A stretch of 64,000 bases of DNA from Diplonema japonicum (GCA_964019335.1 OZ025670.1:310001-374000); one strand, 5' to 3'. Positions 47,111-60,032 are shown, counted from the first letter of the stretch. The notes: generated by a model from the sequence alone, not told the origin. Numbers and translations are program-made.

Positions 47111-49105
47111 ATGATGATGTGGATGTCGTACCTGCTGCTGTTGTGGGGTGCTGTTGGGATTGCGGGAGTGGACCTGTGCGTGCTGGGACGGTCCCCGCAG
47201 ATGGACAACGTGGAGGTGGCAGTGGCTGAAGCAGGGGAGGTGGTGTACGCTGCAACGGGGCGCACAGGGTTTGTGGTGTTGAATGTGAGCGACCCTTCGC
47301 TTCCCACTCCTCTCGGGTGGTACCAGACACCTGACGCACGTTCCGTGGACGTTGTTGGCACTACGGCGTACGTCGCGGACCGGGAGAACGGAACCTACAC
47401 CTTCGACGTGAGCGTGCCATCGAAGCCCGTGCTGCTGGGGAGAGTGCCCGAGGCGGTGGGGCAGTACATCCGAGTGTCCCGCGACAGCGGGGTGGCGTAC
47501 GTTGTGGCAGAAAGAACGCGGGTGTTTGCCGTGAATGTGAGCGAACCCGCAAAGCCCTCCCTCTTGGGTATCTACAGTACCCCTGGTGTCCCCCTGCAGC
47601 TCTCCCCTGTGGGGAAACCGGAAGAGGTGGCAGTCTGCATCGCTGATAACAGCGGCTTGCTGGTGGTGAGCTTCGCAAACCCCGCCTCGCCTGCCCTGCT
47701 GAGCAGGGTCGACACGACCCGCTCCCTCAGCGTGTCGGTGGTTGGGGGGCTCGCCTACGTTGGTACCTTCGACAGCGGAGTGGAGGTCTACAACATGGAG
47801 GATGTGGCAGCACCCGAGCTCGTGGGCAGCTTTCCGGCTACTACTCCTATGGTCGACCTGCAGAAGTCCAAGGATGTTCTCTACGCCCTGTCGGAAAGCG
47901 GGGACATGCTGGTGCTGAACATGACGGCGAGGCCTGTGCTTGTGGGGCGCTTGAACAACACGAAGGCGAAAGGGCTTCGTGTCGGGGACAACCACCACAT
48001 CTACCTCTTCAGGGGGAGGGACGGGATGGGGGTAGTGGACGTTAGAACCCCTTCAAGCCCTGTGCTCGCAGGAACCTACAAGACGGCAAGGAACGCCTTG
48101 AAGGTGTCAGTGTCCGGGGACCTGGCATACGTGGCGGACAGGGACGAAGGTCTTCTGGTGTACGACGTGCGGAAGCCCGACGCCCCTGTTCTGGTGGGGA
48201 ACCGTTCCTTCCCGCAGGGCGCGCTGTCAGTGCAAGCAGTGGGGACAACTGTCTACGTTGGCGGGGCTGCTCTGTATGTGCTGGACGCGAGCGAGCCGTC
48301 GGACCTGAAGCTTCTCGGGAGCTACGATGGCTGGGCATACGGGGTGTACGCTGTGGAGACGACAGTCTACGTTGCTGGGGGCGGTGAGGGGCTGTCCGTG
48401 TTGGACGCGAGCACCCCCGCTAACGTGATCCCCGTAGGGAACATGAGCGCCAAGAACGGGCAGTTCTTCTGGGGGGTTACTGTCTCGGGGGAGGTGGCGT
48501 ACCTTGCGGACAGCAGCGACGACGGTTTTGTGGTGGTGAACGTGAGCAAGCCGTCTGAACCGGTTGCGGTGGCGGTCGGGGCTGAGGGGAAGAACCTGAC
48601 CTTAAAGAACGCGAGGGACGTGCAGGTGGTGGAGACGACGGCCTACCTCGCGGCAGACGAAGGGCTGATGATGGTCGACGTGAGCAACCTGTCAATCCCC
48701 CGAGTGGTAGGGATGCACGCCAAGAAGCTAGCTAGTGGGGTGCAGGTGGTGGGGACGACAGCTTATCTCGTCGGCGGCTTCAACAACGATGACGATGGCT
48801 TACAAATTATCGACGTGAAGGACCCGGCTGAGCCTGTCCTCATAGGGGGCTACGCCACCCCCGGGGAAGCGAAAGGCCTGCGCATCACTGACGAGGGGAA
48901 GATCTTTGTTGCGGACGTGGGTCTCTGGGTACTGGAGGAAGCACATGGTGACAACAACAACGACGACGACGATGACCTCAGCTACCTCTACGCCGTGATC
49001 CCTGCCATCATCGCCTTCCTTTTGATTGTCGGACTCGTTGCCTACTGCCTCGTCAAGAGGAAAGGCACCAGGAGTTCCTTTGACGACATGGAGAGGCAAA
49101 AGTAA
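47111..49105 (+). CDS. LVIVD-repeat (beta-propeller-like) type I membrane protein
   Basis: Many repeats of V.V.G..AYVAD...GL.V.DVS.P..P.L.G; signal peptide; C-terminal transmembrane helix. Confidence 0.85.
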   Translation: MMMWMSYLLLLWGAVGIAGVDLCVLGRSPQMDNVEVAVAEAGEVVYAATGRTGFVVLNVSDPSLPTPLGWYQTPDARSVDVVGTTAYVADRENGTYTFDVSVPSKPVLLGRVPEAVGQYIRVSRDSGVAYVVAERTRVFAVNVSEPAKPSLLGIYSTPGVPLQLSPVGKPEEVAVCIADNSGLLVVSFANPASPALLSRVDTTRSLSVSVVGGLAYVGTFDSGVEVYNMEDVAAPELVGSFPATTPMVDLQKSKDVLYALSESGDMLVLNMTARPVLVGRLNNTKAKGLRVGDNHHIYLFRGRDGMGVVDVRTPSSPVLAGTYKTARNALKVSVSGDLAYVADRDEGLLVYDVRKPDAPVLVGNRSFPQGALSVQAVGTTVYVGGAALYVLDASEPSDLKLLGSYDGWAYGVYAVETTVYVAGGGEGLSVLDASTPANVIPVGNMSAKNGQFFWGVTVSGEVAYLADSSDDGFVVVNVSKPSEPVAVAVGAEGKNLTLKNARDVQVVETTAYLAADEGLMMVDVSNLSIPRVVGMHAKKLASGVQVVGTTAYLVGGFNNDDDGLQIIDVKDPAEPVLIGGYATPGEAKGLRITDEGKIFVADVGLWVLEEAHGDNNNDDDDDLSYLYAVIPAIIAFLLIVGLVAYCLVKRKGTRSSFDDMERQK

Positions 49106-49775
49106 AGGCAGCACATGCAAGCAGGCTATCTCCCATCATCTAACCTCATTTCTATTCTTTTCTCTGTTATACGGGGTCTCAAAATAAAGTTGCTAAACGA
49201 ATATTACTTCCTCCCTCCTGCCTAGTATTTTCTTTTCCTTTTTTTTTTTTTTTTTTTTTCATCTTCGTGTGAAGATGAAACGATTTACTTTGACACTACT
49301 GATACTACTTTTGAACGATTTTTTTTTAACTTCCTGTAATGGCATCCTTTGCCGTGTCTCTTATGCGAATGTTACCTCTGCCATCCGAGGGTGCAGGCCC
49401 TGCTTGTGCCCTTGTTGGATTGCCACCTCGGCTCGAGATTCTCGAGGATTGAGTATCTGGTTTATTTTATCAATTTTTTTTAAAAGTTCTTTTTGTAGTA
49501 TTTTTCTTACCCTCCCCAATTTTGGTGGGGTTGGTTGCTGCCCATTTTCCTCCCTTCCGTCGGTCGATCTCTCTTAACTTAACTCTTCTCATTGAACCTT
49601 GAGGCCCTGCCTATCGAAGATATAAATTGAGTTTTTGTGTCTACTTTTCCGACCCTTCTAACTTCTCTCTATCTGACCTTTCTTCTTTTTGAATTTTTTT
49701 TTTTTTTTTTTCCCTTTTTCTAAAACGAAAGATTTAAAAAAAAACAAAAAGGGAAAAAAATAAAAATAAAAAGAA

Positions 49776-50924
49776 ATGATGTCAATCCTCCTAAGCGTGG
49801 TAGCAGTGGGAGCAACGCCCGTGCTGACGTCAAAACAGATTCTGTCGCAGTGCGACATGGATATACAGGAGGGAAGGCGGTTCGGCGGGGAGACGTTGGG
49901 GTTCGTGACCCCATGGCACCCTGCTGGCAAGGACGTAGCTGTCAAGATAAGCAAAAAGCTCGACTATGTAAGTCCGTTCTGGTTCCACATACGGCCAGAA
50001 CAGGTTGGTTCCGACTTGTCACAGTGGACCGTAATTGTAGAACCCGTGACAGAAACGGCCCCTGACATAAATTGGGTGCACACAATGCAAGCTTCAGGGA
50101 CAAAGGTTGTACCAGTCTTCGCGTTCTACGGCTGGCAACGATCTGCCATGAAACAGTTCTTCATGCATCCTGACAGTGGTGCCATCCAGCACAACGTCGT
50201 CAGGCAAATGATAGCACAGTGCAAAAAGTACAACTGCGATGGTTTAATGCTAGAATGGGGCGCGCTCCCTGTCAAGGAATTCTACTACGAGCTGTCCCCG
50301 TGGTTGCAACGTATTAAAGGAAGCATGGCGAAGTTCTTTACAAAACCAGCGAGCCTGATGCTGTCCGTGCATCCAGACCCCGATAAATTCGGAAGGGAGG
50401 AGTTTGAAGCCCTAGCACCCGTCATAAATAAATTTGTTCTACACCTTTACAACTTTACAAGCCCGGTGTTGGATGAAGGCCCTGCTGCCCCTATGGAATG
50501 GTTCGTTGACATGATCAAAGCATGGCAGCTTGACACTCGTCGCGATGCGGACAGCCTTGTCATCATCACCCTCAACACATATGGAAGGGAGTACCGCACT
50601 GGGCATGGTTTTGACGCGGAAGGGTACGAACTCGCTCAAGGGGAGCCCACAGACGAAGCAGGCCGTCCTACCCGATGGGACGTTACCGGTGAACAATACA
50701 CAACTATTCTCAATACTACAGACGTTACACATCAATGGGACCCTCTGCATCAGGAACACCATGTTTCCTTCACTACATTGGAGGGTGAGGATCATACTGT
50801 GTACTACCCTTCTCTCCGGTCTATCAAAGCCCGACTCGACCACGTCTCGAAGGGAACAAGCAAGATGGGCATCGGTCTGTGGAATTTGGGCACCGGCCTG
50901 GATTATTTTTACAACCTTTTGTGA
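49776..50924 (+). CDS. CHID1: Chitinase domain-containing protein (GH18 fold, CHID1-like)
   Basis: TLGFVTPW; YVSPFWF; CDGLMLEW; YYPSLRSI..RL; GIGLWNLGTGLDYFYNLL. Confidence 0.8.
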   Translation: MMSILLSVVAVGATPVLTSKQILSQCDMDIQEGRRFGGETLGFVTPWHPAGKDVAVKISKKLDYVSPFWFHIRPEQVGSDLSQWTVIVEPVTETAPDINWVHTMQASGTKVVPVFAFYGWQRSAMKQFFMHPDSGAIQHNVVRQMIAQCKKYNCDGLMLEWGALPVKEFYYELSPWLQRIKGSMAKFFTKPASLMLSVHPDPDKFGREEFEALAPVINKFVLHLYNFTSPVLDEGPAAPMEWFVDMIKAWQLDTRRDADSLVIITLNTYGREYRTGHGFDAEGYELAQGEPTDEAGRPTRWDVTGEQYTTILNTTDVTHQWDPLHQEHHVSFTTLEGEDHTVYYPSLRSIKARLDHVSKGTSKMGIGLWNLGTGLDYFYNLL

Positions 50925-51314
50925 CACTTTTTTTTTTTTTTTCCTTTTTTTTTTATGATTTACACTCTGCTTGGAAAAGGATAACTTTTTTTTTTCTCTT
51001 TTTTCTATTCCCCGTTTGCCTGAACCCCTTTTCTCACTGTCTTCTTTTTTTTTTTTTTTTTGAGAAAAAAAAAATTGAAATGGAAAATGGTGAAAGAGGG
51101 GGGGAAAGAGGGGGAGAGTTATCCCTTCCTTTTTTTTTTCTTCTTCTTTCTTTTAGTTCCTTCTCATAATTCGCCCTTTGTTTTTTTTTTTTTTCTTTTT
51201 TTTCTCTCTCCCTTCTCCCTCTTAACAAATTCTTTTTATTCCGCCTTTTTTCTTTCTTCCAATCAAATAAAAAATTCAGGGGGGAGGGGGCCAGCCTATA
51301 CACAGAATAAAAAC

Positions 51315-54300
51315 ATGGAGGGACGAGATGCTTTGAATAGAAAGATCTTCACATCTAAGGTGAAGGGCATCATTGAAGAAGCGAAGGCGGGCGACGAAAA
51401 AATCGAGGAGTTTCTGAAGGTTCTGCAGAAACTTCTGGTAAAAGAAGCAGGGGACAAGCTAAAAGCAAGCAAGGTCACATTGACAGGAAGCTACCTAGTG
51501 AACACGTGCGTAAAAGCAAACTTAAGAGCGGACTTATACGTCACAGTTCCGGTGTCATTATGCAGCGCGGATGATGTGAAGAAACATGGTTGGATCCATT
51601 CAAGGAACAAATATCTGACAGACCTATGCAAATTTCTCAGGGGGCACCAGCTAGTTGCGGAGGTCGAGGATCTTGCAGACAATTTCAACAAAAAGGTTGT
51701 GACCGTAAAAGGGCCGAAGACAGAAGACCCCAACAGCGAAGGCTGGGTGGTGTACATCCACGCGGGTATCGAACTTTCCCCATCGTGCACGGAATACCTT
51801 AAACAACCGGTAACGATTCGAAGGTCGCCGTTTTACTCCCAACTAGTTTTGGAAGACTTCATGACTGGGTCGTTGTACCAATCCCTCCACGCGTCCTTCG
51901 GTGCCAACCCCACCCTGTCCCCTGTGTCCGTTCTGTTAAAACTATGGGCGGCGAAGCAAGGCCTTACCGACATCCCGGACGGCCTTACCGACAATGTGAT
52001 CCATTGCATCCTGATGCACCTTGCCAATGTGGGAATGGTGTCTGATGCGTCGTCCTTGGACCAAGCATTCCGAGTGGCGTTGCAGTTCATCAGCGAGATG
52101 CCTGCGTTTATCAATGTGACGCCTACCTCAGACTCTGTCATGGCAGCGGACCATGTGTCCGATACGACCATTGCCAGGCACAACGAGCTCAAGGAGGAAC
52201 ACCCACAGGTTCTTGTGTATGATGGGTTGAACGTGTGGTACAACTCCACGGAGCATGCTGTCTCGGAGATTAAAATGATGGCGAAGAGTGCGATCAGTGT
52301 GCTGAACACGTTCAACGCAAACGATGCGATTGAGTCCCTGTTCAGGATCCCGACGCCGTTTTGGCTGAAGTTCGACCTCTTCGCGGTGCTGCCTTACCCC
52401 GAGTCCCTCCCTCGTGACGCGACAGCCAAACACGATGCCTCTTTCACCACCACTAAGGATTACTTAAAGCTCCTCCACACGAACCTGAAGTACGCCCTCG
52501 GCGACGAGCTGTCTCGGTCTCGCTGCAAGACCATTGACGGGAGGGCCGTCTTCGGAATCGGCTTGTACTCCTCCGACTCCCTCTCCGTCAACGAGTACAT
52601 CATCAAGGGCCCGCCCCTTGTCATCAACCACGAACGGAACACCGAAGCCATCAGCACCTTCGACGCCCTGTGGGGCCCACGCTCCAAGACGTGCCAGTTT
52701 GCCGACAACGTTGTTCGGAAGGCAGCCGCCTTCACAGAGGCTAAGAGCGACCATGAGTATGTGCAGCTCATGCTCCAAACCTTGCTGCGGAACCTTAAGC
52801 TGAAAGAGGAGATCAGGATGCTCGGGAAGGGTGCGGAACACTGCCTTGAAGTGGAGACCGAAGACGGGCTGAGATTCGACCCCATGCAGGCGTCGCGCTA
52901 CAGGGTCACTGGCTCACTGACGCAGCTGACTGAGTACCTCAGGAACCTGGATGATTTCCCGCTGCAGATCATATCAGTGGACGGGGCGCACCCAGCACTT
53001 CGCAACGCCGCCGTTGCACCTCCCACCCCACACTCATCGCTGCTCAGAGTGACTGACGAGCAAGTGCCAGAGCACCTCATCGGGTACGCCGACGGTGTGG
53101 AAGCAATGGAGGTCGTCATCGGTTTCTCGCGAACTAGCGCGTGGCCCGACCACAAGGATGCGGTTGACAACATCAAGGTGTCGATCTACTGCAGAATCGC
53201 AGCCAGGCTGAGGAAGGAGAGGAGGGTTGTGTGCATCCCCAGAAGAGACTGCGTCGACGTGTTGCTGAACGGGTACGTGTTCAGGCTGTACGCATACCAC
53301 CCGAAGGAGGTCACCCTCCTGAGGTCGCTGGGGATGGAAGGCGTCGCGCAGGCCTTGCACAAGCAGCTGTACCTCCTCCCGCTGCACAACGACATGGTGG
53401 CGGCATATGCAGGGGCCTTCGCGGCCTTTTCACCTGGTGTCAGGATGCTGAAGCGATGGGCGTCTGCGCACTACATGTCATCGTACGTCACAGAAGAGGC
53501 GCTAGAGCTGATCATGTGCAAAGTGTACTCCTACAGCTACCCCCCGAGGACGGGGCTGACCGCATTCACAAGGGTATGCATTGGCAACAAGCACAACGAC
53601 ATTGTTTTTTTCCTCACAGGCGCTGCACTTGATCGCGTCATGGTCGTGGGACTCGCTGGCAATGGCTGTGCCACCATTGTCGGGAGACACCAGCAACGTT
53701 GGGAGGAAGAGGGGGCAGGTATATTTAAAAAAAAAACCCTGAAAAAAAAAATCGATACACAAAAAGGGCCCCGCCATGTGGTTCAACACTACGTACGACT
53801 CACACACGACCTGCTTCTCAAGCGCAACGCCCAACGTCTCTCTCCTCAGGAGGTTCGTCGGCCTTGCAAAGGCCACTCTCCTAAGCTACTTCTCCCAAAT
53901 GCAGGACTTCGCCTCCCCGGAAACCTGGGATGGAAAATGGAAGGCCCTGTACACCACATCTCTCAAACCCTTCGATCTTGTCATCACCCTCAACAAGGAA
54001 GTTATCAAGAACGCCCAGTACGCCTTTACTGGGAAGAAGACCTTCGACAAAGACGCACACCCGAAGGGGTTCCTGTTCAGACCAGGATGCGAAACGAGAC
54101 GGGAGGAGCTACACAAAATGGTATGTGCTCACCATTTCAGAATTTCTGAATTTATTTTATTCACGCAGATCAATTATGACCCCGTGGATTGGTACATCTC
54201 GCAGCTGAGGAAAAATTTCAGGGAATTTGCAATGTTTGCCTACGACAAGTACGGTGGGGGGCACGTTGCGGTTGTTGGGTTGCAGCAATTTACATCTGAA

Positions 54301-54611
54301 GAAGCAAACAAGTTGGCAGAATTTTTCAACGTATGGATAATGGGAAAAAAAAGAGAAAGAAAACCATCAAATAACAGGGCATGGGTGAAGGCATTGTGAA
54401 GCGTGTTCAGGTTTCCGACGCCTTTCAACCTACCCCCGAACCTGCTTCCAAAAAACGGAAAGCATCAGTTGCCCAGTCCAAACCCCCTGCAAAGAAAACA
54501 AAAGCTGCGGAGGCAGAACAGGCGGCAGAAAAAGAATCACCGAAAGCAACACAGCAGCAGCCCCACAAACGAACTGTGAAGAAGAAGATTATCAAAAAGA
54601 AAAAAGTTTAA
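51315..54611 (+). CDS. NOL6: Nucleolar protein 6 / Utp22 (Nrap); introns 53574-53619, 53719-53766, 54121-54168, 54331-54377
   Basis: TGSY; KGP...F..LWG.RS; WPD...AV; GYVFRL; KRWASAH; YDPV; Lys-rich tail. Confidence 0.8.
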
Positions 54612-54800
54612 AAGAAAAGGGAACAAAAAAAAAAAAAAAAGAGAAAAAAGCAGACACACAAATATCAAAAGAGTGGGAGAATGCTTACTATCAAAAGGGC
54701 CTCATTAGTTATCATTCCGTATTTTTTTTCTTTTTTTTTTTTCTTACTCCTTTGCGATTCATACAGGACGGGGAGGGGTGTGGGGGACCTCTCGTAACGA

Positions 54801-57800
54801 ATGCCAGGGACACCTGAGAACCTGTACCCGAAGGTTGTCCCCCCGTCTGTCAGCGGGGCACGGAGCAACGGAAGCGCGCCGTCTGTTCTAGCAGGAAAGG
54901 GGAGCGCGAGGGTGGAGAAGGGACCGCCCTCCACGAGGCCCCCGTCGAGAGTGACAATAGCGAAGAGCCAGTCGCCGGCTGCGTCGGCTCGCCCTAAGGT
55001 GCCTTTTGGTAAACCGCAGGGCAGCATAGCCAAGACAGCAGTGGGGCCAGACGGATCAAAGTACCACTCGTATCAGTCGTCGCAGCCAGCTTCGATGGCC
55101 TCCTACTCGCCAGCAGCTTCCACAAAGAAGCCTCAGTACGCCTCAACAGCTTCGTACGGCGGCTACGACACACAACTGTCTTCTACAAGGCTCCAAGGCA
55201 GCGCCAAGCAGCCCGTTCATCCCGCACAGCGCGCCACAGCATGGTACGCAGTCGAGCAGGAACACATCGAGCCGCATGCCAGCCCCGCAAGGCGGGAGCC
55301 CACCTTCGCAGACACACACGTAAAACCGAACACCGACATGCCGCCCGAGTTCCTCGCGCAGCAATGGGGCGGTGGCGGCATCAACACCTCAGGCGGCTGG
55401 TGGCAGGGCGCGGCCCTCCAACCGGACATCGTTACGGGCACCTTCTACATCACATCTATGGATCTGAAACACGTTCCCAGCAGCAGGCACAAAATTATGG
55501 AAGAGAAAGCGGCCTTGGACATCGGCAGGCTCTTCGCACACCCCCCATGGCACGTCCAAGTCTCGCTCGCGGCAGGCAGCATGGTGCTTCGATACCGCTT
55601 GGAACTCCCAGAGTATGTGGTGCTTCGTTACAAGATAACCAAAACACAGGAACGGTCCGTCTGCGGTGACACTGCTGTCGCGTGTTGCCGCTGAGGTGGG
55701 CAAGCAGGCGATCATGCTGCCCGAGGTCGAGAAGGAGTACCGCATGGTAACGGGGTCGGACGCTCCGGCCATTATAGACTACGATAGGAGTGAGCCGCCT
55801 ATGACGATGCCCCGTGCGAAGCCTTTGGACTACACCCCCCCTGAAAACAATGGTTGGGGTGTCCCTCAGAATGCCCCTTTGGAGATTAAGGCAGTAGAGG
55901 GCACACGCAGGACGGAGGTCGTCGGCCCGCATATGTCATATGCTACCTCGAAGCCGTGGCTGGACCTTGATGTCGCGCCACCACTGCTTCCAGTCGAGAG
56001 GGATTGCACGCCAAGTGAAATGCGGTTCCCACAGCTTAGTGATGACCAGTTTTCGCAAGCTTCGCCTGTGCGGCCTGCCATAAGCCCTGTGAGGCCTAGC
56101 AAGCAGGTTGTGACGGTCAACGCGTGGGAACCGTCTCCCCCACCTCCCGCAGGGTATGGGCATGGGTTAATGGTTGGTGCCGAGCATCGGCGTTCGATCA
56201 GCCCCCCGCCCCCCGTGCGTACTACAAGCATTTCATCAGGCCTCTCTTTCTTCAAGCCCGAGCGGTCTGCGTCGTACACCACACACTGGCAGGGCAACGA
56301 GATAGTTGAGGTCAAACCAGGCAGCAGCTCCGACCTGGTGCGCCCGCCGTCCCCTCGTGCTGTTCATGGCGTGAGGGAGCAGCTCAAGCCCTTTCTAAAA
56401 GAACAAGAAGCTCGGTACCATGAGGCAGGCAGGCACAGAGATGTCGCCACGCAGTGCGCTATCCTCGGCGTGCTCGGTGCGAAGTACCACCACCACGGTG
56501 ACTATGGCAGCTCCATCTTGTATCATGGCAGGCAGCTGGAGATGCTGAAGACGCTGGAAACTCCTGAAAAGCTGACGGAGATGGCAAAGGTGTACAGCAT
56601 GCTGGGGAACGCGCACTGGGCAATGAATAACTGGGAGAAGGCCATCAGTCTGCACGAGAGGCGGTTGGAGATCGCAGAGCAGCAGCACGACAAACGCGGA
56701 ATGGGAGCTGCGTACGGGAACCTTGGGAACGTGTATCACGCAATGGGTGACCACAAGGCTGCTGTGAAGTACCACAAAAAGCACCAGAAGTACATCGAAA
56801 CAGGTGACATGGAAACTATGGCAGCTGTGTACCACAACTTGGGGCTTGCTCACTACGGAGCAAGAGAAACAGACGAGGCACTCGACTGCTTCAGGCACTC
56901 TATGGAAATCGCGCTCAGCCTTGGCAACCAGCCGCAGGTATGGAAACACCACGATAAACACCACCGCTCTAGGTTGCGAAGATTCACGGGAACCTTGCAA
57001 TGGCGTACAAAGCAAAAGGCAAGCTGCAAGAGGCGGTGAACGAGCTCCACCTCCAACTCAAGACAGAGATCAAGTGCAACGACCTGAGCAACGCAGGCAG
57101 CACAACCTTCAACCTAGGCAACATCTACGTGTCACAAGGGGACTACACGAACGCCTTGCAGTATGCTAAAGGAGAACAAAATGAAGCCAACCCACAGCTA
57201 CTACGAGCGAGGCATTGATTTATGCAACTGGCACGCACACGGAACGGGCACGAGCAACCGGAAACTGGGTGTGAAGCTTCTTATTGCAAGCGGGAGCTGC
57301 AAGTTCCACCTCAGTAGGCATGAAGAAGCTTTATCGGACTTGGAAAAGGTGTTTATTTAAGAAAAGAAATTCAAAAAAAAAAAAAAAAAAAAAATAGGCA
57401 CTCCACCTGTCAGAGCAGCTCAGGGACAATGAACTACTGGCGGCCACCACTAGTAACATGGGGCTGTGCTACGGAGCCCTGCGGGACTATGACAAGGCGC
57501 TGAAGAACCACATGGCGCATCTGGAGCTTGCGAGGATGTTGGTATGCAAATTTAAAAAAAAACAAAAACAAAAAAACCAGAACGACAAGACGGCTGAAGG
57601 CGCGGCACACGGCAACATCGGGAACACGTTCAAAGCCATCGGGCAGCATAACAAGGCGATCGACCACTACGAGAAGGACCTAAGCATCGCCATGGAGACG
57701 GGGGACCTTCTCGCACAGGGGCAAGCTTTTGACAATCTGGGGCTGTCCTGCCAGGCTGTTGGCGAATACACGCTGTCGATGGAGTACCACAGAAAAGCCT

Positions 57801-58315
57801 TAACGGTGATGAAGGAGTTAGGTTACAAAGCCGGCGAGGGCGAAGCCCACAGCCATTTAGGAAACGCTCACGGAAGGCTGGGGAACACCAAGAAGAGCAT
57901 TGAACACCACCACAACCACCTCGATATCTGCAAAGTAACGAAAGACATTGAAGGACAGTGCAGGGCCTACGGTGCCCTTGGTAAAGCTTGCTATGACATT
58001 GGCTTTCACGATAAAGCGGTAGAATACCAAGCTTCTAAGTTAAAGCTTGCAAGGCAGCTGAAGGACTACATTGGGGAAGCCCGGGCTTCAGGACACCTAT
58101 TCCTTGCTTACACTGCCCTTGGGGACCCTCGGAAGGCGGAGGATGCCAACAGACACCATCGGTCTCTTTGTGCTAAGCATAATCTGCATACGATCGAGGA
58201 GTCTGAGGATGGTGTGTCTCATATTCGCATGGAGATTGCAGAGGCGCTGCAGGACCCCGACACCCAGAGGCACACAACCCAAAGGCTGGCTCATATTGCG
58301 TCCAGACTTGGGTGA
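54801..58315 (+). CDS. TPR-repeat protein (TTC28/GPSM-type repeats) with a long low-complexity N-terminus; introns 55613-55649, 56938-56972, 57161-57197, 57349-57397, 57542-57580
   Basis: Repeated AYGNLGNVY...A..YH motifs; ORF pieces join through GT-AG introns. Confidence 0.8.
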
Positions 58316-58351
58316 GAATTTAAAATAAAAAAAAAAAAAGATGATTTTTTT

Positions 58352-58436
58352 TTACCTTATGCAACCTGTGCCGAGCATTTTTTTTTATTTTTTATTTGGC
58401 TCGCGCGAACACCAAAGACATAGGTCACAAGAATCT
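58352..58436 (+). repeat. Dispersed non-coding element, copy 2
   Basis: Three conserved blocks shared with 35408-35535. Confidence 0.75.
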
Positions 58437-58741
58437 TTTTTTTTTTTATTCAAAAAAAAAAAAAAATGCAATTTGCAAAAAAAGTTTTTTTTTAAAACCA
58501 TGTACACCTTGTATTAGATCTTTGTTTTTTTTTTTTTCTCTCTGCCCCCATCCCCTTTAGAGTACCGTTGTTAAAAAAAAAAAAAAAGAAAATCCACCGT
58601 ATCGGTGTTTGTTTTTTCTTTTCTCTGTTTCATTTGTTTCCCCCACTGCACAACCATACCTCTCCTTTTTTTTTGTTCTTCTTTTTTCCAACTTTGCCGG
58701 TCCGAGGTAGAAAAAAAAAAACAGGAAAAAAAAAAAAAGAA

Positions 58742-59883
58742 ATGAGGCGGTATAGCCCGAAGGTACCAAAGCCGAAACCCGTCACGGGCGGCACAAATGT
58801 TTGTCTTATAAAAGGGTTGTTGTTTGTGGGTATCAGCACCTTGATATTGAGTTTGATCCTTGCGATGTCGCGTCCCTCGTCGGTCATGCCGAGGAGGAAG
58901 CGGGCTGATGGGGAGGGGGAACTGAGGTTTATAAAGCCGTATGACGAGCACGCTACAGCAACAACAGAGCACAAGCAGGCCTCGAAAGCAGGCCCTGCTA
59001 ACAAAGAAGATGAGAAGAAACAAGAACACCCTGAACGGCATGTCATTGATCAGACAAAGTCCTCATCAAAGTTCCCCCCTGACAGGGTAGGCTACACCAC
59101 ACAAAGCGACCCATTCAACAAATGCGCCGTGGCCTTCGGTGGCGCTCTATACCTCTCAGAACACGGTGACAGATGCATCTTTCCGTTCAAAAAAAACGGA
59201 AAATGGATCCATGATGTCCGGCATGGGATCTGCGCTGTCTCCATCACAGGAACTGGCAACGCAAAATACGTTGCAAACGTTACAAAACAGCAAACAATCT
59301 CAGAAGACCAAGTTTGTGTGGCTGTTGAAAACCCAAAAACCTGCAATGGTGAACGGGTGGACGATGTCGATTGTCAAGCCACAATTGAAACAGGCACTTG
59401 CGTGTGTAAAGGAAAGCTTGGTGTGACAAAAGGCACCTTGGAGTGCAGGAGAATGTCCTGTGAAGCAGTGTGCCGCACCATCTTCGAGGACTTCATGTCC
59501 TCTTCCCACTCAGAGGACGCTTCGAAAAAATCGCTCCCTTACATTGAACTTATTTCGGACTTGTCGAAGAAGCACACTCCAGACAACATATCCGGGTGGA
59601 AGGCCTTTGTCGAGGCGCTTCCCCCTAAGGACGACGTTGCTGGGCAGTGGTGTGGGAAGGGCATTGCCATCATGGCGGGTTCTATCACCACGCTGCCGCA
59701 GGCGATTGCTTCTGTTGCGTTTATCAGGGGGCATCTTATCTCTGACGTTCCTGTTGAAATCTGGCAGACGGAAGACGAGGCTACGGACCACACAGATGAG
59801 TTCCACAACGGGTTGAGGCAGCTCAACATTAGACTGCGAACGCTTCCTGGAGGGGCGAAGTCGGCGACAACTAAGTATGAATG

Positions 59884-59916
<33 letters not shown>

Positions 59917-60000
59917 CAGCGAATTGTTCGCCTTGAAACCAGCGGTGATCTTGGCGTCGGCTTTCGACGTTGTCTTGTTCCTAGATGCCGATGCGGTGTG

Positions 60001-60032
<32 letters not shown>

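Noticed and set aside
49265-49300. Box C/D snoRNA-like motifs (gatga...ctga)
   Set aside because: The spacing is too short and there is no terminal stem or evident guide sequence.
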